Assembly: GCF_009914755.1 (NCBI RefSeq) | Contig: NC_060926.1 | Strand: one strand, 5' to 3' | Length of the DNA stretch: 64,000 nt | Origin: the human T2T-CHM13v2.0 reference genome, Homo sapiens | Part shown: piece after piece, positions 44,242 through 56,929 of the stretch | Layout of the letters: each line of letters begins with the position of its first letter | Numbering within the stretch: position 1 is the first letter of the stretch | Made by a program: the position numbers and the translations under genes | Notes under the pieces: model-generated | Told to the model about the DNA's origin: nothing | Databases searched by the model: none | The model's input: the letters and a program-made list of their open reading frames with translations, nothing else

Positions 44242-46042
44242 CTGGGAGGAAGGGCAGTAGGCATTTGGATGAGAAGGTTCTATTGTGTTTATTTTCTTAA
44301 AGGAAGGTCTTAGTTTATGATGCTGTGTCTTGTGTCTGGGCAGGTGCCTGTTCTGCAAGTACAGAATTCCAGCACTGCAACTTTGCGGCTTGGGCAAGCT
44401 ACATTGCCACTATGAACCTCAGTCTCCTCCTCTGGAATAGAGACTGGTAAAAATTCTCGCTATACAGGTTGGCTGGGAAATGCTAAGTCTTACCCTCACG
44501 AAAAGACAAGAAATTGCAACATGAATCTGATGGTGAAACCCTGGCGCATGTCTCTGGCATGGACACAGGATGCTCTCTCTGAACCAGCATCCCAAGCGCA
44601 GTCCCCATGATTCTTCAAGCCCTCCTGGGCCCCAGGTAGGAAACCAGACATGCAGGCTTCCCTGAGCAGGTCAGGGGCCTGCCTGCCTTGATTGGCAAGC
44701 CTGGAAAGGAATTTTAATTGAAGTTCATTAACATTTTTCTCCTACTTCTTGAGGATTTGCTGTGTGAGTTTAGAGGAATGTTATCTCTGATAAGATGAAG
44801 ACAGGGCCTGTGGACAACAGCTCCCTTGCTCTCAGGGATCCCCTGTTAGATGCTAAGCATGTACAACCCCCGCCCCTCCGCCGCCACTAGCTAGTCCCTG
44901 CACCCACTTTCTGGCCCAAGCTATTGGGGCTGTTAGTTCAGGCCTCCTAAGAGCTGTCCCCTTGGCACTTCTGTGAGCTAGAAGGGTGGGAACCGCAGTG
45001 CTGGATCTGTCTGCAGCCGCCTGTGGCTATGGAGCCACATTTGTTCAACTCCTGATCCATCTGCTAGCAGTGAACCTGCTGGACACCACCTGGGCACTTA
45101 TTCAGGGTCACAGCCCCGTGAGGTCAGCACTGTGCTTTCCTGGATTTTTCAGAGGAGGGAACTGGGGCCTGTCTGTGGCCCAGACCTCAAGCCCAGCAGG
45201 TGACTGGAGGCCCCGCTGGCACAGCCCTCATCCTCATGCTGGCAGCCGTGGGGTGGCCTGTGGGGTACACTCACATGGGCACAGATGGGTCACAGCCATC
45301 AAGCAGATGAGCTGGCACTCGAGCCCAGAGCTCAGGCCCTGTGCCTCCAGGCTGCTGGGCTGTGTCTAGAGCTGCACCAGCCAGTGTGGCAGCTGCTAGA
45401 CTACACACTAGCCCTATTCCCAGCCCTCTGTAGCCACATCTGGCTACCCTGTCCTACAGTGCAGATGTAGAACATGTATGCCCATGATGGCAGGAAGTTC
45501 CAGTGCACAGTGCTGAGCAGAGTGCCTTTCCACTTGTTGGGGGAGGTTGGGGGAGGATAAGGGGCTTGGTGACCAAGGTATCGGGGGTAGGGAGTGGCAC
45601 ACACCTGTGGATGCATCACCAGGTCAAGGCTGCTGGACCCTGGGCCTATCTGGACCTACCCAGCCTGCCTCAGCCTTGCTCCCCTGAGCCAGGATCACCC
45701 CCAAAGCCCTGTGCTTGCCCCCTGCCCTCAGGAAGGTTGGGGTTGAGCAACTGCTTCCAGTGATACAAGGTCAGCAGTTTCTAGCCAAGCAGGTCTGGGC
45801 TGGCCCTCCTGTTTGCAGAGCTTAGCACCCCTGTGGTCCCATGGCTAGCTGGGCCTTCACCCTCCAGATGCAATCAGGCACCGCGGCCCAGCGCCCTGAC
45901 TCCATCTGCACATTTGGGACCCTCCTCCCACCTCTCAGCCAGAGACAGGCAGCTGATAATGAGGACAGATCACAGAGAGCCTGGCAGAGCCCCCTGCTTC
46001 TGTCAGGGATGGCCCTGGTCATGGCTTTCATCTTCCACAAGC

Positions 46043-46200
46043 ATGTGTGTATGCATGTGTATGTGTGTGTGTGTGTGTGTGTGTGTCTGTGTCTGTGTAT
46101 GTCTATGTTTGTGTGTGCATGTGTCTGCGTGTATCTCTGTGCATATGCATATGTGTGAGTGTTCCTGTGTGCATGTGTGTGTGTGCATGTGTGTCTCTGT
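46043..46200. repeat. (TG)n-rich low-complexity tract
   Basis: Imperfect TG/TGCA/TGTC repeats. Confidence 0.9.
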
Positions 46201-46335
46201 GCCTGTCCTGGGCAGGGTTTGTGGGCTGAGGACACTCTCTCTCATTCCCCTTCAGTATGTGTTACGGGCAGGGGAGCCTTTGCATCCCAGTCTGTCCTGC
46301 AAGCAAGGGCTAGGGCTTTAAAGAGTTCCTGCACA

Positions 46336-46758
<423 letters not shown>

Positions 46759-49272
46759 CTATTGCATAGCCCCACTAGGGGATGTAAAGCGCTTGCATAG
46801 TGCTTGGCGCATGCTCCGTAAATCTTGGCTAGTGTTGTATTTTAAGATCTCCCATCATTAAATGCCACTAGGAGCTGGAATTCTGCAAAACACTTTATAC
46901 ACATTCTCTCCTCTAATCCTGCCTGCACCGTAAGAGGTGCGTGTTATGACTGCCTTGGTCCCATTGCCATAGGCTGATTCCTCACCCTCGGCACTCCCGG
47001 ATTCCCAGGGAACATCCGTGGCCCCGTGGGAAGAAACTTGAACGCTGGGCAAGGAGAGGGAGCTCAGGGGTCTTCGTTTCTCAGTTCTGTGACCACCACG
47101 CAGCACCTACTGGGTACCAGGCCTCCGGGGCTGTGTGCAGGAGTGGAGGAAGAGTAAGATTCCAAGAGAATGATCCCAGAGAGGTCCCTGCTGAGAAAAG
47201 AAGGCAGCAGGGAGCCAGCCAGGGCCACCCTGGCCACAAAGGCCAAGACCAAGGACTGCTGGGTCAACCTAGTAAGGGGAGCAGCTGGGGCTTTGGGGCC
47301 GGGCTGGGCAGAGTGTGTGCTTATATGACGCTAGGGCTCCAAATACCCTTCCTCTCTGAAAAATCCCCTACCTGTCAGCTGCCCAGGGCCCAAATTCCAC
47401 CCCTTAAAATGCATCCCCCTTTAAGGCTGGGGAATTCTGTCTCCAGATAGCGCCTGTCTCTGTAGAAGGCAGCTGTCTTAAATTGGAGGGAGCTCCCAGC
47501 AAGCGGCAATGCCATCCGTCGTGGGGAAGAGAAGGAGACCCTGCTGGATGGCGTTGATGAGCTGAGGGAGAGAAAAGGGTGGTGATGCCAGGGTGTGGGG
47601 CTGATCCCCGAGTGGGACCCGGTGAGACGGCCACAGTGCGCCCCAGGAGCTGCCCTTCAGACACTGGGGACTCAGTGCTGGCAGGTGGCAGCAGCCACAG
47701 CACAATGACTTCATTTTCAGATTATTATTATTTAAACACGGAAAAACTAAGAAAGACAAAAGAAGTTTGTTTTGGCAACTTGACTTTAAGCTTCAGGAAA
47801 GTCAGCGGCCTGGGTCTGGGGCTGGCTGCCTCAGGGACCTGGCTGTCTGTGGGGGTTGGGGGTGCAGGGGGGGATGGGGCCACGTGGGATTGGATGCAAA
47901 GGGCAGGATGCAGTCACACGGCCACTTGTTTTGCCCACAAGATACTAAATGACTGGGATGACTGATTCTCTTTTTTTTTTTGTAACTTCACTAGCTGGTG
48001 GACTGAAATATTGTTTTGGGTGTTTTTTTTTTCTTTTTTTTTGCTTTGGTTTTGCTTTGTTTGCTGTGATTCCTGGTGGAAGAATGCTGGTTCTAGCTTT
48101 GGCTCTGCCATCCCCGTGTAGTGTGGCAGGAAGCAATGCATTTCCCTTTCTGGGCCTCATCTCCTGCCCTGTGCACGTGGAGGGCTATATTACAGACTCT
48201 CAGTCTGTTACTGCAGGATCCACCCAGGCTCAGCCACCCCCACCCCAGCTATCAGGAGGCGCCCTCATCTAAAAGGCCCATTCTCCCACCTCCTCACCTC
48301 CGATTCTGATGAACACATGTTCCAAGGTTTTCCCCAAGTCCTCCCTTCCTCAGAGAGCTGGCCTGGACCCTTCCAGCTACTCACCATCCGGATCACTCCA
48401 TTCCCTGCCTCCACATTTCACAAGCAGCAGAGGAGAGGGTTGGAATCCAGACCCTGTCTCTTACCTGCTGTGTGATCCAAGGCAAGTCACTTGCCCTCTC
48501 TTAGCATCAGTCTCTGCAGCTGAAGACTGGGGCCGTGTTATCACCATGAAGATGTGTGACCTGGGTATGTCCCTGGTGCACCATCAACCTGAAAATGTCA
48601 GCTCCTGGGAGCTTCATCCCCCACCTGCCTCTCCTTTCTCAGCTGCCCTGCTCTGCCCTGCAACTCAGGTAGAAGCTCCAGGGCAGCAACAGTGTCTCTA
48701 CAAAGGGGTCAGTGAGAATTCTTGATGAGCGTCTGGGCAGGGCCAGGACTTGGCAAGGCAAGGGAGGGGCCCTGGGCGTAACATTGAAGGAGGCGCCCAC
48801 TCTGGGGCTCTTGCAAGGGCAGGGTCAGCTTACCTACCTCACCTGACGTGGCCCTGCATGTGGGACCAGAAAAGGAGATGCAGCCATCTGCCACGGTCAC
48901 TCATCATGGCTCTGCCCTGAGGAATGGGGGTGGGGGCGCCAGAGCCCCTGGCTCCAGCTGGATGGACTCATCTGCTCGTCTATCCGTGGCTAGCCTGTTG
49001 GACCTTTGAGAGCAGGCGCCCATGGTCTGGCTCTCCACTGCATGGCGGAGGCTGGAGCAGAGCCTGCACATAGTAGGTGCACAATGAACAGAGGCTGAGC
49101 CCATGGGTGGATGAGTGCGCACTTACTGTTCTCAGGCGCATCTGTCCATCCACCCACCTGGTCAGCCACAGCACGTGCCATAAAGGCCCTACTGTGTGCT
49201 AAGCACTGTGCTAAGTGCTAGGCAGACACAGAGAGAATATAAGGCAGACTTGCCCCCTGGAGCCTTCACAGC

Positions 49273-50053
49273 AGAGAGAGAGAGTGTGTGTGTGTGAGCT
49301 GTGAGTGTGTGTGTGAGACAGAGAGCTGTGAGTGTGGTGTGAGTGTGTATGTGGTGATAGTGTGAGAGTGTGTGCATGAGAGATAGGGCTGTGAGTGTGG
49401 TGTATGTGTGTGTTTGAGAGTGTAAGTGTGTGGTGTGTGAGTGTGCATGGGCATGCGGGTGGGATATCTGGGAGTGTGTGTGGTGTCTGTGTGTGGTGTG
49501 TGTGTGAGAGAGTGTGTGGTGTGTGGTGTGTGTGTGTGAAAGACTGTGTGGTGTGTGTGGTGTCTGTGTGTGTGTGATTGTGTGTGTGGTGTGTGGTGTA
49601 AGTATGTGTGTGGTGTGTGTGTGTGTGTGGTTGTGTGTGTGGTGTCTGTGAGTATGTGTGGTGTGTATGTGAAAGTATATGTGATTGTGGGGGTGTGTGT
49701 GTGTGAAAGTATGTGTGATGTGTGTGTGGTGTGTGTGGGGTGTTTGTGAAAGTATGTCTGGTGTGTGTGGGGGGTGTGTGTGAAAGTATGTGTGGTGTCT
49801 GTGTGTGTGGTGTGTGTGTGTGTGAAAGTATGTGTGATGTGTGTGTGGTGTGTGTGTGAAAGTATGTGTGATGTGTGTGTGGTGTGTGTGTGTGGTGTGT
49901 GTGAAAGTATGTGTGGTGTCTGTGTGTGTGGTGTGTGTGTGAAAGTATATGTGATGTGTGTGTGTGTGAAAGTATGTGTGATGTGTGTGTGGTGTGTGGG
50001 GGGGGTGTGTGTGAAAGTATGTGTGGTGTGTGTGGTGTCTGAGTGTGTATGTG
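49273..50053. repeat. TG-rich compound minisatellite
   Basis: (TG)n/(TGG) matrix with ten GAAAGTAT motifs between 49671 and 50020. Confidence 0.95.
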
Positions 50054-50504
50054 CCTTGCCCACCCCCACTGCCCCACACAAAGGTGACCTGAAGGCCAGG
50101 GGCCCTGCCTCAGGCGGGTCCAGCAGGGAATGAACAAGGTCAGGCTGCAAGGTGGAATTTCTCTGTAAGTCAGGATAACCCGGGCAGTGGGCCGGGTCAG
50201 AGCCGGTTCTTTATCTGTCCAGAGCATCTGTGAGGAGGAGCTTCATGGGAGCAGATGATCTTCAGCCTCCCAGAACTAAGGGGCTGTGAGGAAGGCCCAC
50301 GATGGCTGCTTCCCATGGGGTGGAGGAGAGGCGTGAGGGGCTTGAGCCTTCACCACTGTGGTCTTGGTCTCGGCAAAGCCAACACAGAGGCGGATGGCAG
50401 GCCACAGGGCCACCTCAGCCTGCAATGGGGACACACATCCACCCTCAGAATCCCCAGTTGCGAGGAAGCAAGAGACTGGTGTGGTCAGTCTGGAGCTTTC
50501 TGAT

Positions 50505-50680
50505 AATAACAAATAATAGCATGAGCTACATAGATCGGGTGCTTACTATCAGCTATGGCCAAGGCCGAGTCTTGACCATACCATGTCTCATTTAATCCAA
50601 TAACCATATGAGGCAGGTACTAGTCTCACCCCCATTTTACAGATGGAGAGACTGAGGCTTAGAGGGGCAGCCCCTCTCCT
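50505..50680 (-). mobile_element. MIR
   Basis: TCTCATTTAATCC...CCCATTTTACAGATGGAGAGACTGAGGCTTAGAG. Confidence 0.85.
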
Positions 50681-51110
50681 GAGAGCCTGGGCCTTCCCCA
50701 CTGGAGGTGCTCCTCTTTTTACACCAGCAGGATGATCCTGAGCTGAGTGCTCACCCTCTCTGAGCCTCAGTTTCCTTGCTTGCAAAAAGAAGCAATGATA
50801 TCTCCTCCAAGGGGCTAATGCAAGAGTCAGGGAGGATCTTCAAGCACTTGAAAATGCACTCAGTCCAGGGACTGTCATGAGGCCAGATAAGTCAAAGTTT
50901 CTTATGCAGGGAGTATTGGCTCAGTGCCAGACAGTGGCAATCTTCAACATCTCCCTTTGAGACAGGTACTGCTATGGTCTCCAGTTTCAGAGAAGGAAAC
51001 TGAGGCTCAGAGGCTCTGAGTAACTTCCCCAGATCCCACAACTAGCAAGTGGCCAGCCAGGATTCAGCCTCACAAGAACTGCTGTGCCTAGGAATGCTGT
51101 TAATTGTTAG

Positions 51111-52060
51111 TGCTATGGTCTGTTTGTGTCTTCTCCAAATTTGTATGTGGAAATCCCAACCCCCAAGGTGATGGTGTTAGGAGGGTGGGGGCCTTTGGAA
51201 GGTAATTAGTTCATAAAAGTGGAGCCTTCATGATGGGACAAGTGTCCTTATAAAAGAGATACCATCAGGTAAGAAAGAAGCTATTAATTTGTATTTTAAA
51301 ATGAAAAAGAAAACAGAATAAAAAGGTACCAGAGTGATGCAAGACAGGCAAGCCCCCAAACTGGGACTTAGCCTGGGAGGGTTCTTGGCTTTGCCTAGGA
51401 AAAATTCAAGGAGAAGCAGGTGGTGTTAGCAACTTGTATTGAAGCGGCAGTGCACGGCAGCAGCAGAGGTGCTGCTCCTTGTGGAGCAGGGCTACCCCAG
51501 AGGCAGTGTGCCCAGGGCTACCCCAGAGGCAGTGTGCCCAGAGCAGCAGCTCAGAGGCAGTTCTGCACTCACTCACATTTATACTCACTTTTAATTATAT
51601 GCAAATTAACTGGCAGTTTATGCAGGGGCAATTCCTAGAATGAGGGTAGTAACTTCCAGATTGCTGGTGGGTGGTTGCCATGGAAAGGGGCGGTTACTTC
51701 TGGGTGTTGCCATGGCAATGGCAAACTGACATGGCCCACGGGTGGGTGTGACTTGTCATGGGGGCAGGTGCTCCTGCCCCAGACCTGTTTTAGCTAGTCC
51801 TCAATTTGGTCCAGCATCTAAGCCACACCTCCAGAGTAGAGTTCTGCCTCCTACCTCCAGGGCTCCCTCTGCCTTTCCACCTTGTGGGCCACAGCAAGAA
51901 GGCACCATCTGTGAACAAGGAAGTGGGCCCTCGCCAGATACTAAATTCACAGCACTTTGACCTTGGACTTCCCAGCCTCCAGAACAGTGAGAAATAAATT
52001 GTTGTTTTTAAGACACCCATTCTATGGTGCTTAGTTCTAGCAGTCCAAACAGAGTAAGAC
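51111..52060 (+). mobile_element. MLT1A-like MaLR LTR with two insertions
   Basis: TGCTATGGTCTG start, GGGGCCTTTGGAAGGTAATTAG, TTGGACTTCCCAGCCTCCAGAAC.GTGAGAAATAAATT. Confidence 0.85.
51335..51858 (-). mobile_element. ERV1-type solo LTR (family uncertain)
   Basis: Interrupts MLT1A; minus strand begins GAGGTAGGAGGCAGAACTC; flanks AGAG/AGGG. Confidence 0.7.
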
Positions 52061-52119
52061 AGTGAGAATCGGTGTGTGACAGAGGGTGGGGGAGGTAGGG
52101 GGAGAGTGCAGCATTTGGA

Positions 52120-52290
52120 ATAAGACAGCTCTGAGTTCAAATGCCGCCTCTTCCACTTACTACCTATAGGACAGCAAGGAGGGGACCTTGCTTCAGTTTC
52201 CTCATCTGTCAAATGGGGCTCAGAATGTGACCCTTGAGGAGAGCCGTGAGGACAGAGTAAAATAACAGGGCACAGGTCCCTGCACAGGAA
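52120..52290 (+). mobile_element. MIR
   Basis: GAGTTCAAAT..CCACTTACTA...TCAGTTTCCTCATCTGT. Confidence 0.8.
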
Positions 52291-53479
52291 TCTGTTAGCA
52301 CTGCATTCAGCTGCGTGAAGCAGAGACCCAATTAAGTGGCTTAGCTGAATGGATTTTATTTTTTTTCTCACTTATTAACAAGTCCAGAGGTGAGCCATCC
52401 AGGGCCAGCACAGTGACCCCAGCACCTGTGGAATGCAAGCCCCTGTGCTATTCCCCTCTGCCCTCCCAAGCCTCTGGCATTCTCCCTCATCCAGGTGTGG
52501 CATCTGGCTGCACATAGGATAACTGGGGAGGCTGAGGAATTAATGTGTGTGGAGCAGCTGGCACTGTTCTTTGCGTCAATTTCTCCTCTGGCAGGAGCCT
52601 GGTTACTATGAACATCTAAGGTTGGCAGTCTCGGTTGGTCCTGATTTTCACTCAGAAAATGCCTGTTTTCCCACAACTTACACACGTGGGAAACCCACAT
52701 GGTCAGAACACACTCCCTTTCATGAAAGTGTTCTGATTGTCACATAAATTGTGTTTGGTTTTTCACAAATGTCAAGGACCTTCCTTCACACACTGGACTC
52801 CTGAATGTTCCTCTATCTCCTGACACTCAGAGTCTCCTGACTCCCACATTTAAGTCCTTTAAACCTGAGGACTTGCAAAAGCTTGAGGATCCTTCTGAAT
52901 AGCCAAGAAAGGCTACAGTCATCACAATGGCAAAATCTTGCATCCTGGACTTCTTAGCCGTTAACAAACCTCTTTCATTGCAGTCACCATCTTTCAGGCC
53001 CGGGGGTCTGAGTTGTGTAGGGAAACAGATGTGGGCTTCAGATACCAGGCTCGACTCAGGGCATTTCCTCCAACCACAAAAGGGCTGCTTTGAGGATACC
53101 GAGGCTCGGAGAGGTGAAGACACTGTCACAACTGCTTTGGTAGGAAATGGCAGAGCCAGGATTCAAACCCAGGTTGAGCAACACAAATCCCGTTACCCCT
53201 CTGCCCGTAAAACCCTCTGAGCATCTGGATCAACCCTCACATTGGACAGATGAAGAGACTGATGAAGAGACTGGAGGTGGGAGGTGACTTAGCCAGATAT
53301 GAGTTCTACTTGACAAAAGTTTTTGGGTAAAGGAACTTTGATAGGGGCCTCTTGGTTTTAATAATCTCAATTGGTTTTTTAAAAGAAAAGAGAAGAGGCA
53401 AGAGAGGAGGAGGAGATTCGTTCTGAATCTTGCATAATACTGCCAGATGGAAAGAAGGCTTGCTGGTTCTTCTGCGTGG

Positions 53480-53845
53480 ATTGTACTTCTTCCAAACCTT
53501 CACACGCTCGCTTCTTCATGTCCTTCCGTCACTGTTCAAACACCACCCCCCGGCATTTACCTCCTGAAATGGCTGCCCACTGCAAGACGTTCTCTGTTTA
53601 TTTTCTTCTTAGCACCTATAAATAACATTTTTTTAGTTATATAATTTTAATTTATAAGATTTCATTATAATTTTAGTTACACCATTCTATTATATATTGG
53701 AGTATTTATATGTTTACCATTTTCTCTCCCACTAGAATGAGAGCTCTGTGGGGCAGGGGACATTGTTTTGCTGTCCACCATCTCCCTAGTTCGTAGAACA
53801 TTGCCTGGCCCATAGCAGACCCTCAAAAAATATTTGTTAAATGAC
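53480..53845 (+). mobile_element. L2 3' end
   Basis: CCCACTAGAATGAGAGCTC...GCCTGGCCCATAGCAGACCCTCAA.AAATATTTGTT. Confidence 0.8.
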
Positions 53846-54005
53846 CAAAGTGGAATTTTGCCAACCCATGGAAAATCCTGTGCCTTCACTGGAATAATTG
53901 ATGACCACCACGATGATGTCTGCAGATCACTGAATTTCCCCCTACTGGTCTTTGGTTGTAAAACTAGGCACAGAATATCCCCAAACTTCCAAGTTATACT
54001 TAGCT

Positions 54006-54159
54006 GTATATATATATGTGTGTGTGTGTATATATATATATACACACACACATATATATATACACATATGTGTATCTACATATATACATATATATACACA
54101 CATATGTGTATATACAGAGAGAGAGACAGAGAGAGAGAGAGACAGAGAGAGAGAGAGAG
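54006..54159. repeat. Compound (TA)/(TG)/(CA)/(GA) microsatellite
   Basis: Direct observation. Confidence 0.92.
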
Positions 54160-54274
54160 TTAAGCTGTTTCGATACAATGTGTGGTTTCTCTTCTCTTCA
54201 ATTAAATTTCTGCACTTCAGACACGCTTCTAAGAACTGTGGTAGGATGTGCCCCATAGGCTCTTCACTTTACAT

Positions 54275-54457
54275 CAGTAGTTCTTAGTTGGGGGTGATTT
54301 GGCAACATCTGGAGACATTTTTGGTTGTTGCCCCTGGAGAGGGATGCCACTGGCCTCTAGTGGGTAGAGCCTAGCAACACCGCCAAACATCCTTAATGCC
54401 CCACAACAAAGAATTACCTGGTCCAAGATGTCAGTAGTGCAGTAGTTAAGAAACCTG
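54275..54457 (+). mobile_element. MER20 (hAT-Charlie)
   Basis: TTTGGCAACATCTGGAGACATTTTTGGTTGT...AAAGAATTA...TTAAGAAACCTG. Confidence 0.85.
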
Positions 54458-54854
54458 CTCCGCATTAACTCATAGCAGTTTTATTGAAACTTTGGTGAAA
54501 AAAACTGACTCAGTCATGCTCACGAACGAATGCATGAACGTTTATTTAACTCTGTCTCTATCCCAGGAATTGTGCTAGGCATTGGGAAGACACCGTAAAA
54601 GAATAATACACAGTCTTACCCTGGAGAAATTCACCAACTCCCTATCTGGCCAGAGATCTGAAGTCAGATCTTCCTATTTCTACATGAGATTTCTGTTTGG
54701 GTAGGGCAGTTATATCTTGCTTTTTAGATAAAACAGCCCCAATGTTTTTCTTTTAAAAAGCTTTCCACATGCACTCATTTATGAGCTGTGTCTGATATCC
54801 ATCATACCTCTGCCATCTTGGAAAATGGCAGTTACAATGGTTAATATCCCAGTG

Positions 54855-55334
54855 TAGCTCTAATGCATTGTATCATTGTTCCCAATTTTCCACACCTCCC
54901 TATACCCATCCTCTTTGCCGCGTGACTTGTGCTCATTCCCTCCACAGAAAGGATATCTTTCCCCACCCTATTAATGTTGGGCTTGGCCAGGTGCTTTGGC
55001 CAGTGGCACGTTAGCATATGTGATGCAAGCAGAAGCTTGAAATGTGTTTGTGAAATTGGGTTTGTTCTCTTGTACTTCTGCCATTTCCATGATGTGCTGG
55101 CCCAGGAATTATGGGAGACCAATACAGAAGACCTAAACTCCACCCTCAGCTTAGAGCCAAGCACAGCCAGCCCGCAGCCTGGAGCAGAGCCACGCAGCCA
55201 ACCTCAGCCTAAGTCAGCCGAACCTCAGTCAACTGCAGAATTGTAGCCATGAGAATAAGTACTTGTTGCTATAAGCCACTGAGTTTTGAAGTGGTTTGTT
55301 ACACAGCATTGCTGTGGTGAGAACTGACTAATAC
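54855..55334 (+). mobile_element. Old MaLR LTR (MLT1H/I-like)
   Basis: AAGCCACTGAGTTTTG..GTGGTTTGTTACACAGCATT...CTGACTAATACA end. Confidence 0.75.
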
Positions 55335-55684
55335 AGTAGCTGTATTCACCCAAGGTACTGTGCACTTTTGTGGGTCAGAAACACAAACAAATGTCCAGAT
55401 TATCTGAGCAGCTTTTCTGGGATAGTAAGCATACCTTACATTCATAGAACACAGTGTAGTTATTTTTACATGACATGTTATTGGTTTGCACCAAACACCC
55501 ACAAGACAGGTAATATTTCCTCTATTTTACAGATGAAGATCATATTGTTTTTAGAAGATACATTACTTGCTTGAGATCACAAAGCTTTGCTTCCTTGCAA
55601 AAGGGACAGGTATAAGAAGAAGACTTGCATCCTCTTTCCACTTTTTCCTGGAGCTGAAGCAACCCCATTGCAACCATTAGATAG

Positions 55685-56225
55685 GTATCAGTTAGCTACT
55701 GCTGTGTAACAAACAACCTCAAAATTTGTTAGCTTGTAACAATAACCATTTATTATTGGTCACATGTCTATGTGTGAATTCTGGGTTCTGCTGACATGGT
55801 AGGCTCAGCTGATCTTGATTGGGCTCACTTATGCATCTGTGGTCAGCTGGCAAGTTGACCAGAAGCTGGCTGACTTAGAATGGGTGCACTCATGTCTGGT
55901 GGCTGGCTGGCTGACAAATGGGACAATAATGAGTGACTTGGCCACTCCTCTGTCATCATTCAGCAGGCCAGCCCAGATTTTGTCCCATGGCCTAGGTTCC
56001 AAAAATAAGAGTGGAAGCACACAAAGACTCTCAAAGCCTGAGTTCCAGAACTCCCCATCAATGTCACCACATTCTATTGGCCAAAGCAAATCGTAAGACC
56101 AACCAGGATCCCAGAGATAGAATAATAGACTCCACCTCTCAATGGGAAGAGCCACTAGGTCATATTACAAAGGGCTGAATGAAGGAGGGGTGGAGGCCTG
56201 AGGTCATTTTTGTGGTCAGTTAATC
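55685..56225 (-). mobile_element. Old MaLR LTR (MLT1F-H-like)
   Basis: GTATCAGTTAGCTACTGCTGTGTAACAAAC, CACATTCTATTGGCCAAAGCAA. Confidence 0.75.
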
Positions 56226-56929
56226 TGTGATGAGGTGTCAAGCATAAGCAGGAAATGCCAGCAGGTGAAGGCTGGTGGCACATAGAGACAAGAAGAGTCT
56301 TTGTGAGTGACCTGAGACTTCCCGCTCCATTCCTTAAGTGTGTAATCAATAAGTGTCCTAGTGGATTCAACTTCTGCAGGATGGGTTTCGTGTAACCTGG
56401 AGCCAAAAGTTTTCCTAACTGACAGAGTGAGGCATGTGGTAAAGGAATGAGGAAGCAGGAATTACACAGGATTCAAATCTTATCTCCACCACGTATTAAT
56501 TAGCTGTATGACCCCTAGCCCGTTATTTGACCTCTATGACCTTCAGTGTCCTCATCTATAGAGGGACATGGAAATACCTAGCAGATGCTTGCTGGAGGGA
56601 CTAGAGATCAGGTGTGCAATATATTCTTAAGAGTAGTAATAGTGGCTTAGCCCTGGGCAAAGCCAAGCATGTGTTATACATTTTAACATTTAATTCCTTT
56701 ATTACCTCATTAATACCTTTATTACCTCATTACCAACTCCACTTTTTTCCTACAAGAAATATGAAAATTAAAGAGTGAGTAAGTACAAAAGGATTTTAAC
56801 CCAAATGGTTTGACTCCAGAGCCCCGTCTCCTACCCACGTTTCAATACTGCCTGCCACAACTGGGTCCTGCTGATTTACAGTTAAAAAACAGCTATCTAA
56901 ACAATGTCCAAACAAACTGTCCAAAACAG

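Noticed and set aside
49671-50020. Repeat-spacer look reminiscent of a CRISPR array
   Set aside because: The repeat is only 8-12 bp, spacers are low-complexity TG and non-unique, the DNA is primate, and there are no cas genes
49189-50227. Three ~300-aa His/Thr-rich ORFs
   Set aside because: Stop-free reading of (CA)n-rich tandem sequence in all frames; no coding signature
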